From contig CBDEKM010000011.1 of assembly GCA_965240335.1 (NCBI GenBank), forward strand, positions 237,135 to 301,134: a stretch of DNA of 64,000 nucleotides. The letters are read 5' to 3'. How positions within the stretch are numbered: the first letter of the stretch is position 1; each line of letters opens with the position of its first letter. Made by a program: the position numbers and the translations under genes. Below the pieces are notes generated by a model that made no database searches, was not told the origin of the DNA, and saw only the letters and a list, made by a program, of their open reading frames with translations. The stretch comes from a bacterium. Lineage in GTDB: Bacteria > JAAXHH01. This document shows, piece after piece, positions 19,342 through 29,993 of this stretch.

Positions 19342-20799
19342 ATGGATTACACTGCTGCCACCACCACTGGAGCGCTGCGCGGCATGGGATATCCGCAGCG
19401 ATCCATAAAAGACGAAATGCGGGACAACCTGATCGGGAAGCTCTCCCGAAGCGTGAATGTCTTTCCAGGTATCGTCGGTTACGACAAGACCGTCATCCCC
19501 GAACTGGTCAATGCGATCCTTTCCCGCCATGACTTCATTCTTCTCGGCCTGAGGGGACAGGCAAAGACCCGAATCCTTAGATCCCTCGTGGCGCTGCTCG
19601 ACGAGTATATCCCCATCATCGAGGGTTGTGAAATCAACAGCTCGCCATTCGCGCCCGTCAGCCGGCACGCCCGTGACCTGGTGACCGAGCACGGGGACGA
19701 CACGCCCATCGAATGGATTGGCCGATCGCGGCGGTACGGCGAAAAACTCGCTACGCCCGACGTGACGATTTCCGATCTGATCGGCGACATCGATCCCATA
19801 AAAGCAGCCTCCCAGCGGCTCCACTACGCCCACGAGGGCGTCATCCACTTCGGCATCATCCCGAGAATGAACCGGGGCGTTTTCGCCGTGAACGAACTGC
19901 CGGACCTGCAACCCCGCATCCAGGTCGGACTGTTGAACATCATGGAGGAAAAGGACATCCAGATCAGGGGATTCCCTGTGCGGATTCCCCTGGACGTGAT
20001 GATCGTCTTTTCGGCCAATCCCGAGGACTATACCAACCGGGGCGCCATCATCACCCCGCTCAAGGACCGGATCGATTCGCAGATTCTGACCCATTACCCG
20101 GTCAGCCGCGAATATGCCATGGCCATCACCGATCAGGAAGCGTGGACCGACCGGCCCCGCGGCGCGCGGGTCGACATGCCATCCTACATACGCGAGACGG
20201 TGGAAGAAATCGCCTTCCAGGCCAGGAGCAGCGAGTTCATCGACCAGACTTCCGGCGTGAGCACGCGAATGACGATCGCGGCCATGGAAAACCTGGTAAG
20301 CCAGGTGGAAAAGCGATGCATCCTGCAGAAGAAGAAGGCCGTCGTGCCCAGGATATGCGATCTGTCCGCCGTGATACCGGCGATGACGGGCAAGCTGGAA
20401 CTAGTGTACGAGGGTGAACAGGAAGGCGAGGTGAAGGTAGCGGAAGCGTTGATCGGACGGGCCGTGAAGGAGGTCTTCGCCAACTACTTTCCAGCCGTCT
20501 ACAGCGAGGATGAGGAACGGGCCGCGTGCTACCAGGAAGTGCTCGCCTGGTTCGAAGAGGGCCAGACGGTCGAGATTTCGGACGCCATGGACGACAAATC
20601 TTATTACAGGGCGTTGAATGGGGTCGGAGGACTTCGCAGGCTCGCCGGGAAGCATATTGCCACGGACAGCCAGGCGGAGATGGCTGTTGCCATGGAGTTT
20701 CTGCTGGAAGGCCTGCACCAGCATTCGAGGATCAGTAAGAACATCGCCGCCGGCCGGCGTTCCTACAGCGATATGATGGGCAGCCTGTTCGATCGCTGA
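19342..20799 (+). CDS. Mg-chelatase/MoxR-like AAA+ ATPase
   Basis: GLRGQAKT Walker A variant, EKLATPD, NELPDL, SANPEDYTNRG..ITPLKDR. Confidence 0.8.
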   Translation: MDYTAATTTGALRGMGYPQRSIKDEMRDNLIGKLSRSVNVFPGIVGYDKTVIPELVNAILSRHDFILLGLRGQAKTRILRSLVALLDEYIPIIEGCEINSSPFAPVSRHARDLVTEHGDDTPIEWIGRSRRYGEKLATPDVTISDLIGDIDPIKAASQRLHYAHEGVIHFGIIPRMNRGVFAVNELPDLQPRIQVGLLNIMEEKDIQIRGFPVRIPLDVMIVFSANPEDYTNRGAIITPLKDRIDSQILTHYPVSREYAMAITDQEAWTDRPRGARVDMPSYIRETVEEIAFQARSSEFIDQTSGVSTRMTIAAMENLVSQVEKRCILQKKKAVVPRICDLSAVIPAMTGKLELVYEGEQEGEVKVAEALIGRAVKEVFANYFPAVYSEDEERAACYQEVLAWFEEGQTVEISDAMDDKSYYRALNGVGGLRRLAGKHIATDSQAEMAVAMEFLLEGLHQHSRISKNIAAGRRSYSDMMGSLFDR

Positions 20800-20824
20800 G
20801 GGTCTCCCGTGCGAGGTTATTTTA

Positions 20825-20853
20825 TTGACATTGCCTACCCCCGTTGTTATCTT
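20825..20853 (+). promoter_or_regulatory. sigma-70 promoter of the thrS operon
   Basis: TTGACA-N17-TATCTT. Confidence 0.7.
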
Positions 20854-20920
20854 AATCTGTTTGTTCGGAAGACAGCATCAGGATGCGAAAAGAAGACAGG
20901 AAAGTACCAGGGGTCAGTCA

Positions 20921-22846
20921 TTGAAGAGCGTTAGGATCACACTGCCCGACGGCAGTCAATTCGAGCTGGAGTCGGGTTCGACGGTCATGGACGCGGTCGC
21001 GCGTATTGGCCCCGGTCTGGGCAAGGCGGCGCTTGCTGCCAAGATCAACGGCGCCCAGGTGGACCTGGACCACAGGCTGTGCGAGGATGCCGCCCTGGAG
21101 GTGCTGACCTTCGGCAACCAGGAGGGTCGGGAAGTATACTGGCACAGCACTACCCATTTGATGGCCCAGGCCACTAAGGAGTTGTACCCGGAAGCCCGGT
21201 TGACCATCGGTCCGTCGATCGAAGAAGGCTTCTATTACGATTTCGACATGCCGGACCCGTTCGCGGCCGGGGATCTTGAGCGCATCGAAGCACGCATGGT
21301 TGAACTGTCCCGGGCGGACATGCCGATCAGGCGACGCGAACTGTCCCGGGAGGATGCCCGTACCCTGTTCACCGAACGAGGCGAATCCTACAAGATCGAG
21401 ATGATCGACGATCTCGACGCAGACGAGGTGATCAGCATCTATGAACAAGGGGATTTCATCGACCTCTGCCGCGGCCCCCACATTCCCTCGACCGGAAAAA
21501 TCAAGGCTTTCAAGCTGTTGAGCGTCGCGGCTGCCTACTGGCATGGCGATGAGAATAACCAGAGCCTCCAGCGGATATACGGCGTCTCCTATCCGCGCCA
21601 GAAAGACCTGGACGAGTACCTGGAACGACGCGCCGAAGCGGAGCGCCGGGACCACCGCAAACTGGGAAGGCAACTCGAGCTGTTCATGTTCCATCCCTTC
21701 GCGCCGGCGTCGCCCTTCTTCTTCCCTAAAGGCGCCCAGGTATACAACACCCTGACCGACTACGTGCGGGATCTATATAGAAAGAACGGTTACGAAGAAG
21801 TCATCACCCCGCTGATATATGAAGCCGGCCTGTGGAAGATTTCCGGCCATTATGACCATTTCTGGGACGAGATGTTTACCATCGACGCAGATGACCGGGA
21901 GTACGCGCCCAAACCAATGAACTGTCCGAGTCACTGCCTCATGTACGCGGCGGGCCATCATTCCTACCGCGATCTGCCCATTCGGTACGCGGATTTCGCT
22001 CGGTTGCACCGATACGAACGTTCGGGGGTGACGGCCGGACTGATGCGGGTACGTTCCTTTTCGCAGGACGACGCCCACATCTTCTGCCGCCAGGACCAGA
22101 TTCGGGACGAGGTCGACAATTTCATTAAAATGCTGCGGGACGCTTATACCATGCTGGGTTTCAAAGACATCAGCATTCACCTGTCCACTCGCTCGCCTAA
22201 ACGCGCCGGATCCGATGAAACCTGGGACCACGCGGAAGAGACCCTCGCCCGCGTAATGGACAGCCTGGGCATCGCCTACGAGGTGGCGCCCGGCGAGGCG
22301 GCCTTCTACGGACCTAAAGTGGATTTCTTCGTCAAGGACGCCCTGCAGCGCCCCTGGCAACTGGGTACGTGCCAGCTGGATTTCAACATGCCTGAGCTTT
22401 TCGATCTGGAATATACCACCGAATCCGGGAAACCCGCCCGTCCGGTCATGATCCACCGCGCCATGCTCGGAAGTCTGGAACGTTTTCTCGGCGTGTATAT
22501 CGAGCACTGCGCGGGCGCGTTCCCGACCTGGCTGGCGCCGGTACAGGCCGTCGTAATCGGCATATCGGAACACCAGACCGAGTACGTCCGGCAGGTGGAA
22601 CGCACGCTCGCCGACGCCGGAATCCGGGTTGAGACGGATACCAGAAATCAGAAGGTAGGGTATAAGATCCGAGAAGCGGAGACGATGAAGATTCCCTACA
22701 TGGCCGTCGCGGGTGCCCGCGAGATGGAGGCAGGTGACGTATCGGTCCGCCGGCACGGCCAGGGCGACCAGGGGAACATGACGGTAGATGCATTAATCGA
22801 TATGATGAACAAGGAAATCGCCCAATCGGGCGCTCAGTTCAATTAA
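20921..22846 (+). CDS. thrS: Threonine--tRNA ligase
   Basis: TGS domain ITLPDGS, HSTTHLMAQA, DLCRGPH, KPMNCP, IHRAMLGSLERF; TTG start at 20921 chosen. Confidence 0.96.
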   Translation: MKSVRITLPDGSQFELESGSTVMDAVARIGPGLGKAALAAKINGAQVDLDHRLCEDAALEVLTFGNQEGREVYWHSTTHLMAQATKELYPEARLTIGPSIEEGFYYDFDMPDPFAAGDLERIEARMVELSRADMPIRRRELSREDARTLFTERGESYKIEMIDDLDADEVISIYEQGDFIDLCRGPHIPSTGKIKAFKLLSVAAAYWHGDENNQSLQRIYGVSYPRQKDLDEYLERRAEAERRDHRKLGRQLELFMFHPFAPASPFFFPKGAQVYNTLTDYVRDLYRKNGYEEVITPLIYEAGLWKISGHYDHFWDEMFTIDADDREYAPKPMNCPSHCLMYAAGHHSYRDLPIRYADFARLHRYERSGVTAGLMRVRSFSQDDAHIFCRQDQIRDEVDNFIKMLRDAYTMLGFKDISIHLSTRSPKRAGSDETWDHAEETLARVMDSLGIAYEVAPGEAAFYGPKVDFFVKDALQRPWQLGTCQLDFNMPELFDLEYTTESGKPARPVMIHRAMLGSLERFLGVYIEHCAGAFPTWLAPVQAVVIGISEHQTEYVRQVERTLADAGIRVETDTRNQKVGYKIREAETMKIPYMAVAGAREMEAGDVSVRRHGQGDQGNMTVDALIDMMNKEIAQSGAQFN

Positions 22847-22867
22847 CAGCGAATCGGGAGGATACCC

Positions 22868-23380
22868 ATTCAAAAGAAAACGGTCAGAGTCAATAGTATG
22901 ATACGCGTGCCCCAGGTTCGGGTGATCAGCGCGGAAGGCGAGCAAGTCGGCATCATGGAAACCAAGGATGCCCTGCAACTTGCCTCGGGGGCCGATCTGG
23001 ACCTGGTGGAAGTGTCGCCGGATGCCCGGCCGCCCGTTTGCAAGATCATGGACTTTGGCAAGTACAAGTACGAACAAAGCAAGCGGATAAAGGAATCACG
23101 CAAGAAACAGCACGTGACGCAACTGAAGGAAATCCGCTTCAAAACGCCCAAGATCAGTGAGCACGACCTCGAATACCGGGCACAGCAAGCTCGCGAATTC
23201 CTTCAACACGGCAACAAGGTAAAGGTCTCCGTTCGATTCTGGGGTCGCGAAATGACCCATGTGGAACTGGGCCAGCAAAAGCTGGAACATATGGCGAAGA
23301 TACTGGGCGACGTGGGCTCAGTCGAACAGCGGCCCAGACTGGAAGGACGAAGCATGTCTCTTGTCCTGATGCCCAAATAA
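22868..23380 (+). CDS. infC: Translation initiation factor IF-3 with ATT start
   Basis: GGAGG-ATACCC-ATT in frame; [29 protein letters not shown]. Confidence 0.95.
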   Translation: MQKKTVRVNSMIRVPQVRVISAEGEQVGIMETKDALQLASGADLDLVEVSPDARPPVCKIMDFGKYKYEQSKRIKESRKKQHVTQLKEIRFKTPKISEHDLEYRAQQAREFLQHGNKVKVSVRFWGREMTHVELGQQKLEHMAKILGDVGSVEQRPRLEGRSMSLVLMPK

Positions 23381-23396
23381 CAGCCAGGAGTTGATC

Positions 23397-23591
23397 ATGC
23401 CGAAGATCAAGACTTTGAAAGCGGCGGCGAAACGATTCAAGAAGGTCGCCTCCGGAAAATTCAAACGCAGTCATTCCCACGCAACGCACCAGAAGCTGTC
23501 TAAATCCGGTAAGCGCAGGAGAGGTCTGCGCGGCACCGCCATGGTGAGCAAGGCCGATGCACCGCGCCTGAAGCGGATGATGCCGAACTAA
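23397..23591 (+). CDS. rpmI: 50S ribosomal protein L35
   Basis: [15 protein letters not shown]; position between infC and rplT. Confidence 0.95.
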   Translation: MPKIKTLKAAAKRFKKVASGKFKRSHSHATHQKLSKSGKRRRGLRGTAMVSKADAPRLKRMMPN

Positions 23592-23625
23592 AGGCGGATG
23601 ACGCCGCACTAACAAGGAACGAACC

Positions 23626-23982
23626 ATGCCACGAGCTACTAACGCCACCGCCTCGCACAGGCGGCGAAGGAAAGTCATCAAGCTGGCCAGGGGATACTGG
23701 GGACGCCGTAACCGACTCTACAGAACGGCCCGGGAGGCTGTCAACCGGGGTTGGGCCTACGCTTACCGTGACCGGCGCCAGCGCAAGCGTGATTTCCGCC
23801 GTCTGTGGATCATCAGGATAAACGCGGCCGCAAGGTTGAACGGTCTAACGTACGGTCAGCTCATTCACGGAATGAAGCTGGCCCATATCGAGATCGACCG
23901 GAAAGCGCTTGCCGAACTCGCCGTCAGTGATCCTCCCGCATTCACCGTGGTAGCGGACACGGTAAAGTCGCAGTTTTCCTGA
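23626..23982 (+). CDS. rplT: 50S ribosomal protein L20
   Basis: ARGYWG, YAYRDRRQRKRDFRRLWIIRINAA. Confidence 0.97.
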   Translation: MPRATNATASHRRRRKVIKLARGYWGRRNRLYRTAREAVNRGWAYAYRDRRQRKRDFRRLWIIRINAAARLNGLTYGQLIHGMKLAHIEIDRKALAELAVSDPPAFTVVADTVKSQFS

Positions 23983-23994
23983 CGATCACCACTT

Positions 23995-25005
23995 ATGGTA
24001 CAGGAAGCAGAAACTGTTGAAGCCCGGGCGCTGGAGGAGATCGCCCACGCCACGGCCCCATCTGACCTGGAAGACATACGCATAAGGTATCTGGGGAAGA
24101 ACGGCAGCCTGACCCGGATCCTGCGGTCCGTGGGCAAGGCAGCCCCCGAAGATCGTCCCCTGATCGGGCAACGGGTCAACCAGGCGAAAAAAGCCATCGG
24201 CGACGCGCTCGAGGCCCGCAATGCCGCGTGCGGCACCGGGCTGAAAACCACGGACGGTCCCCTGGACGTCACGCTGCCTGGACGCCGCCCGCCCTTGGGA
24301 AGCAAACACCCCCTGACCCTGATTCGGGAGGAAGTAAGCGAGATCTTCCGTGAAATGGGGTTTTCGGTGGTGGACGGTCCCGAGATGGAATGGGACTACT
24401 ACAATTTCGAAGCGCTGAACATCCCGCAGGATCATCCGGCGCGGGATACGCAGGACACCTTCTACTGGGGCAGCGACATCGTGCTCCGGACCCATACCTC
24501 CCCGGTACAGGTTCGGGTCATGGAAAAGCAGCAACCCCCGGTGCGTGTGATCGCACCCGGACGCACCTACCGCCACGAGAATCCCGACGCTTCCCACGCC
24601 TTCACCTTTCACCAGTGCGAGGGACTGTACGTGGACAAAGGGGTCACGATGGCGCAGCTCAAGGGCGATATGACGCATTTCGCCCGGCGGCTGTTCGGAG
24701 AAAAAGTAAAGGTGCGTTTCATACCGGACTTCTTTCCCTTCACCGAACCCAGCGTACAGTATGACTTCTCGTGCATTGCCTGCAGCGGAGACGGTTGCAG
24801 GATTTGCAAGCATACGGGATGGCTGGAGATATCGGGAGCGGGCATGGTCGACCCGGCCGTGTTCGGTTTCGTGGACTACGATCCGGAAGTATACACCGGT
24901 TACGCTTTCGGCATGGGGCTGGACCGGCTTGCCATGTTCAAATACGGGATCGAAAGCATCCACATGTTCCTGGAGAACGACCTGCGCCTGCTCGAACGGC
25001 CCTGA
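23995..25005 (+). CDS. pheS: Phenylalanine--tRNA ligase alpha subunit
   Basis: HPARDTQDTFY, LRTHTSPVQ, FFPFTEPS, GFAF-like GYAFGMGLDR. Confidence 0.97.
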   Translation: MVQEAETVEARALEEIAHATAPSDLEDIRIRYLGKNGSLTRILRSVGKAAPEDRPLIGQRVNQAKKAIGDALEARNAACGTGLKTTDGPLDVTLPGRRPPLGSKHPLTLIREEVSEIFREMGFSVVDGPEMEWDYYNFEALNIPQDHPARDTQDTFYWGSDIVLRTHTSPVQVRVMEKQQPPVRVIAPGRTYRHENPDASHAFTFHQCEGLYVDKGVTMAQLKGDMTHFARRLFGEKVKVRFIPDFFPFTEPSVQYDFSCIACSGDGCRICKHTGWLEISGAGMVDPAVFGFVDYDPEVYTGYAFGMGLDRLAMFKYGIESIHMFLENDLRLLERP

Positions 25006-25037
25006 GGGCGGTTCGACCGGAGAGATTCGAGCGATTC

Positions 25038-27458
25038 ATGGTAATCAAGGTTCCGCTTTCCTGGTTACGAGCATACTGCGACATACCCTGGCCTGTCGAT
25101 GAACTGGTGGGAAAGCTGATCATGACGGGTCTGGAGGTGGACGCCGTCGAAACGATCGGCAGCGACTTCGAGGGGTTTGTCGTCGGACACGTAGAGCGCG
25201 TGGAGCGCCATCCCAACGCCGACCGTCTGTCCCTCTGCTCCGTGGACGTGGGGAACGAGATCCTGCAGATCATCTGCGGCGCGCCGAACGTGGCCGCGGA
25301 CCGGAAGGTCCCCGTGGCACCGGTCGGGGCGGCGTTGCCCGGCGGTATGAAGATCAAAAAAGCAAAGATCCGCGGAGTGGAATCCTTCGGAATGATCTGT
25401 TCCGAGGCAGAACTGAGCCTGTCAGACGACCACGACGGGATCATGGTGCTCGACGCGGCGGCCGAGCCCGGTACACCCTTGAAAGACGTACTGGGCGGAC
25501 CGGAAACGGTGCTGAGCATCGACGTCGGCACCAACCGCCCGGATTGCCTTTCCCTGGTAGGTGTGGCGAGAGAAATCACCGCCTTGACGGGCGGCGAGCT
25601 GCGCATGCCTCCCCATGACGTCGATGAAGCGGGTCCACCCGTCGAGACCCTGGCGAACGTTCACGTCGAGATGCCAGGGGACTGTCCCCGATTCGTGGGC
25701 CGCGTGATCGCCGGCGTCCGGATCGGGCCTTCGCCCGACTGGTTGAAAAAACGGGTCGAAGCCGCGGGAATCCGTTCCATCAGCAATGTCGTAGACGTCA
25801 CTAATTACGTCATGCTCGAGATGGGCCAGCCGTTGCACGCCTACGACCTGGACGAGTTGGCCGGCCATGGCATAATCGTCCGGCGGGCCCTGGACCAGGA
25901 GGCGTTTACCACCCTCGACGGCGTGGACCGCATGCTCGGCGCCGAAGTCTTGATGATTGCCGACCACGAAAGGAGCATCGGGGTCGGAGGCGTGATGGGC
26001 GGCCTGAATACCGAGATCACGGCCGATACCGGCCGGGTGTTCCTGGAAGGCGCCTGTTTCGACGCGTTGCGGGTGCGGCGCGGTTCGAAGGCGCTACAGC
26101 TTCAGACGGATGCGTCGAGGCGGTTCGAGCGCGGCATGGATCCGGAACTGCAGGGAGACGCCGTAAGCAGGGCCGCGGCGTTGATCTCGGAGGTGGCCGG
26201 AGGCGTCGTGGCTCCTGGCAGGATCGATATCCGGTCCCCGGCCGACCCCGATCCGGTGATACGGCTTCGAACGAGCAGCGTAAACGGGTTGCTGGGAACG
26301 GACATGGCCCGTGACGAAATAGCCTCGTTCCTGCGGAACCTGAGATTCGATATAAGGCCTGAAGGCGCCGATTTGATGGTCACTATTCCTTCTTTCAGGC
26401 GGGATGTTCACCGAGAAGTGGACCTGATCGAGGAGGTCGCCCGACTGTATGGATACGACCGGATCGAACCGGTTGTTTCCCTACCCCGACCCAATGAAGC
26501 GCCCGAAGCGCGTGAAAGAGAGAGGGCCCTCCGTGATCAGCAGGATATTCAGCAGCACCTGCGCGATACGATGGCCGGTTTTGGCTTTACGGAAGTGGTT
26601 ACCCACAGTTTTGTGCACCCCGACCGGAACGAGCTCATAGATCCATCCCGTCCCAGTGTACTGATCGACAACCCACTGAGTCCGGACCTGTCGGCCATGC
26701 GTACGAATCTCGCGTCCTCCGTATTGAACGTCGTACGCTGGAACGCCAACCGCAAGGTCCAGGACATCCGGATATTCGAAGTCGGCCGGGTATTCTGGCT
26801 GAATCCAGGTGACCTTCCCGACGAACCCTTACACCTCTGCATAGCGGTGACGGGACAGCGCCACCGTCCCCACTGGGGAGGGCCTCAGGGGGCCTATGAC
26901 TTCTTCGATATGAAGGGTCTGGCCGAAGCATTGCCCGGCCGGTTAGGACTTGACAGGGTGGAAACCGTCCCGTATGATAATGACGACCCGCTGTTCGACG
27001 CAAACCGCTCCGGAGCACTGCTTTCGGACGGTGTGCGGATCGGCCGTTTCGGTGCGGTATCGCACCGGGTCCTTGAACAGTACGAGATCCGGGAGCCCGT
27101 GTGGATGGGCCTGATGGACTGTGGGGTCTTGTTCGGACATGCGTCTGAACGCAGGACTTATCTTTCGCCGCCCAAGTACCCAGCGGTAGAAAGAGATCTG
27201 GCGATTGTCGTGCCCGACGAGGTTACTCATCGGGAAATACTGGTAGAAATCCGCGCGTGTTGCGGCGGCCTGCTGGAAGCCGTCGAACTGTTCGACGTTT
27301 ATCGTGGAAAGCAGATAGCCGCCGATCGAAAGAGCATGGCGTACGCCATGCGGTTCCGTTCCGGTGAACGGACTTTGACGGACGCCGAGGTTTCCCGGCT
27401 TCAGGAAAAGGTGTTGCGCCGGCTTGTAAAGCGGCACCAGGCGGAACTTCGCTCCTGA
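25038..27458 (+). CDS. pheT: Phenylalanine--tRNA ligase beta subunit
   Basis: HPNADRL..C, CGAPNV, NRPDCLS, TNYVMLEMGQPLHAYD, YPAVERDLA. Confidence 0.96.
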   Translation: MVIKVPLSWLRAYCDIPWPVDELVGKLIMTGLEVDAVETIGSDFEGFVVGHVERVERHPNADRLSLCSVDVGNEILQIICGAPNVAADRKVPVAPVGAALPGGMKIKKAKIRGVESFGMICSEAELSLSDDHDGIMVLDAAAEPGTPLKDVLGGPETVLSIDVGTNRPDCLSLVGVAREITALTGGELRMPPHDVDEAGPPVETLANVHVEMPGDCPRFVGRVIAGVRIGPSPDWLKKRVEAAGIRSISNVVDVTNYVMLEMGQPLHAYDLDELAGHGIIVRRALDQEAFTTLDGVDRMLGAEVLMIADHERSIGVGGVMGGLNTEITADTGRVFLEGACFDALRVRRGSKALQLQTDASRRFERGMDPELQGDAVSRAAALISEVAGGVVAPGRIDIRSPADPDPVIRLRTSSVNGLLGTDMARDEIASFLRNLRFDIRPEGADLMVTIPSFRRDVHREVDLIEEVARLYGYDRIEPVVSLPRPNEAPEARERERALRDQQDIQQHLRDTMAGFGFTEVVTHSFVHPDRNELIDPSRPSVLIDNPLSPDLSAMRTNLASSVLNVVRWNANRKVQDIRIFEVGRVFWLNPGDLPDEPLHLCIAVTGQRHRPHWGGPQGAYDFFDMKGLAEALPGRLGLDRVETVPYDNDDPLFDANRSGALLSDGVRIGRFGAVSHRVLEQYEIREPVWMGLMDCGVLFGHASERRTYLSPPKYPAVERDLAIVVPDEVTHREILVEIRACCGGLLEAVELFDVYRGKQIAADRKSMAYAMRFRSGERTLTDAEVSRLQEKVLRRLVKRHQAELRS

Positions 27459-27501
27459 GCTTCCTCGAGGCGCGCATGAACCAACTCCAGCGGAGGAATT
27501 T

Positions 27502-27765
27502 ATGCAAGAGCAATCCATTGAGTTGTTGTTGAACCGCATTGAAACGATGATTGACCTGATCCACCGGCTGAAGGACGAAAACACGGAACTGCGCAATCAG
27601 AATCAGAATCTGGAATCACAGGTTCAGGATCTGCAACGGGTCCAGGAGCAGTCGTCTACCTCGAAGGTGGAGCTGGAACAGGAAAATCAGGAGTTGCGTG
27701 TCAAGCAGGACGACATCAAGGCGCGCATAGACACCATGTTGTCCCGGCTCGACGTCATCGAGTAA
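27502..27765 (+). CDS. zapB: ZapB-like coiled-coil cell division protein
   Basis: 87-aa all coiled-coil heptads; pheT-zapB-zapA-rny synteny; GGAGG SD. Confidence 0.7.
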   Translation: MQEQSIELLLNRIETMIDLIHRLKDENTELRNQNQNLESQVQDLQRVQEQSSTSKVELEQENQELRVKQDDIKARIDTMLSRLDVIE

Positions 27766-27991
27766 GATCTACCCCTTTGTTCTTCCTGTCGCTCTCGGGC
27801 GTCCGGCTCGAATTCAGCGTTCGTCTGTGAATCAACGGCACCCTGGCATCCAGTCTTAATCCCGCGGCAATGCGCCGGTCAGGAATCGACCGCAGAACCG
27901 CGGCCCAGATTCAAGAGGAGAAAACCGACCGGGAAGACTCTTTCGTATCGCATACGATCAGGCATCGGCTGCTTACGGGGATGAACACATT

Positions 27992-28322
27992 ATGGATGAC
28001 GATAAAGTCACGGTACGTGTCAACATCTGTGGGACCGAGTATCCTATACAGGCGGAAGAGGAAGCAGAATACATTCAGCGTATTGCCGCCTACGTAGACG
28101 AACGCATGCGCGAGGTGCCTGTCAGTGTGACCATGGCAGTCCCTCACCAGCGTGGCTGTCCTGACGGCGATCAGGATCGCCGACGAGTTGCACAAGGAAC
28201 GTGAAAAGCAGAAAGAATATGTCGTATCGGAGTCCACGCAGGACGAGCGGATCACGGACCTGATCCGCCGCCTGGACGAATTGCTGGAGACCTCGATCTC
28301 AGCACAGGAAGGCGAGACGTAA
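27992..28322 (+). CDS. zapA: Cell division protein ZapA with a 1-bp frameshift near 28136
   Basis: VRVNICGTEYPI...IAAYVDERMREV; removing one G restores SLTSVAVLTAIRIADEL to TAA 28320-28322. Confidence 0.8.
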
Positions 28323-28397
28323 ATTCATGATTTTTCTTGTTGAGGATCGAGCCATGAACGGTTTAAAAAACCAAAATTGCAGAAGGTGGCTGCCACT

Positions 28398-29955
28398 ATG
28401 GTTGTGACGATAAGTCTCTGTGCCGGCACCGCCCTGATCATGTTTCTCGTCGGATGGTACATTCGAAAGCGTGTCGAAATACGTAAGACCGACAGTGCGG
28501 AGCGCTTGGCAGAGAGCATCCTGGCAGAGGCGGTGGAAGAAGCTGAAACGATAAAGAATACAGTCAGAATCGAAATGGAGGAGGAATCGTACCAAAGCCA
28601 AGGCGAAATTCGAGCGAGAGAGCAATAAGACCCGGCAGGAATTCCAACGGGGTGAAAAAAGAATCGCGATCCGCGAACAGAATATCGAGCGCAAGGCCGA
28701 CTATGTAGCCAAGCGGGAAAAGGGCATACAGAAGCAGCACCAGTCGCTGCATGAGCGCGACGAGAATCTGACCGAAGAAGAAGAACGGCTGGAACGGCTG
28801 ATCAAGCAGCAGACCGAACAACTGGAGCAGTCCGCCGGCATGTCGATGGAAGAAGCGAGGCGGTCTCTCCTCAGCAATATCGATGCCCGGATACGCACCG
28901 AAGCAGGACAACAGGCCCGAAGCATCATCGAAGAAGCCCGCCAGAACGCAGCGTTCGAAGCCAGGGATATCATCACGCACGCGATGCAGAAGTACACCCT
29001 GGACCACATGACTGAAACAACGACATCATTCGTTTCGTTGCCCGACAACGAAATGAAGGGCCGCATCATCGGGCGCGATGGACGAAACATCCAGGCATTC
29101 GAAATGACTACCGGCATTGATGTCATCGTTGACGACACGCCCAATGCCGTTGTCCTCTCCGGTTTCAATCCCATGCGCCGCGAAATCGCGAAGCTCGCCA
29201 TGGAGAAGTTGATCGAGGACGGACGAATACATCCCGGTTTTATCGAGCAGGTCGTTACCAAGACACAGGATGAAATCGGCGACCTGATCAGGGAAACGGG
29301 CGACCAGGTGCTGTTCGACCTGGGCGTTACCGGTGTCCATCCCGAACTGGCCATGTTGCTCGGACAGTTGAAATACCGCATGACCAGCGGGCAGAACGCG
29401 CTGCATCACAGCCGCGAAGTAGCTGAACTGGCGGGACTGATGGCGCAGGAACTGGAGATGGACGTGACCATGGCCAAGCGCTGCGGGCTGCTCCACGACA
29501 TCGGTAAAGCCATGGACGGCGGACCGGAAGGCACCCAGGGCGAGTTGGGAAGATCGTTCGCTGAAAAGTACGGCGAACCACCCGAAGTGCTGGAGTGCAT
29601 AGGCTTTGCCGGCGAGAACCTGGATGAGGCCAGCCCCATGGCCGTGGTGATAAAAACCGCCGATGTACTCTCCGTTTCCAGACCCGGCGCCCTCAGGGAG
29701 CCGTTGGAGAAATTCGTCCGTCGCCTCCGGGAAATGGAAAAGCTGGTGCGTTCCTTTGAAGGCGTATCCAGCGCCTTCGTGATGAAAGCAGGAAAAGAAG
29801 TACGGGTAATGATCGATCACGAGGAAGTCGACGACCTCCGCGCGGTACAACTCGCCACGGAAATCGTCCGAAAAATCCAGGTCAAGATGGAATACTCGGG
29901 TCAGATCAAGGTGACCGTCATCCGGCAGACCCGCGCGGTAGAAATCGCCAGGTAG
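28398..29955 (+). CDS. rny: Ribonuclease Y with a 1-bp frameshift near 28592
   Basis: N-terminal TM helix, coiled coil, KH domain EMKGRIIGRDGRNI, HD domain LLHDIGKA; removing one C of CC 28592-28593 joins the two halves. Confidence 0.88.
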
Positions 29956-29993
29956 GGGCGCTGTCGACGACTCGGCATGGGGGAATACCAGGC

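Noticed and set aside
27766-28397. 6S RNA expected near zapA/rny
   Set aside because: The zapA-rny gap is only 75 nt, too short. The 226-nt zapB-zapA gap shows no recognisable 6S rod or central bubble by eye. A cmsearch with the 6S model would be needed.
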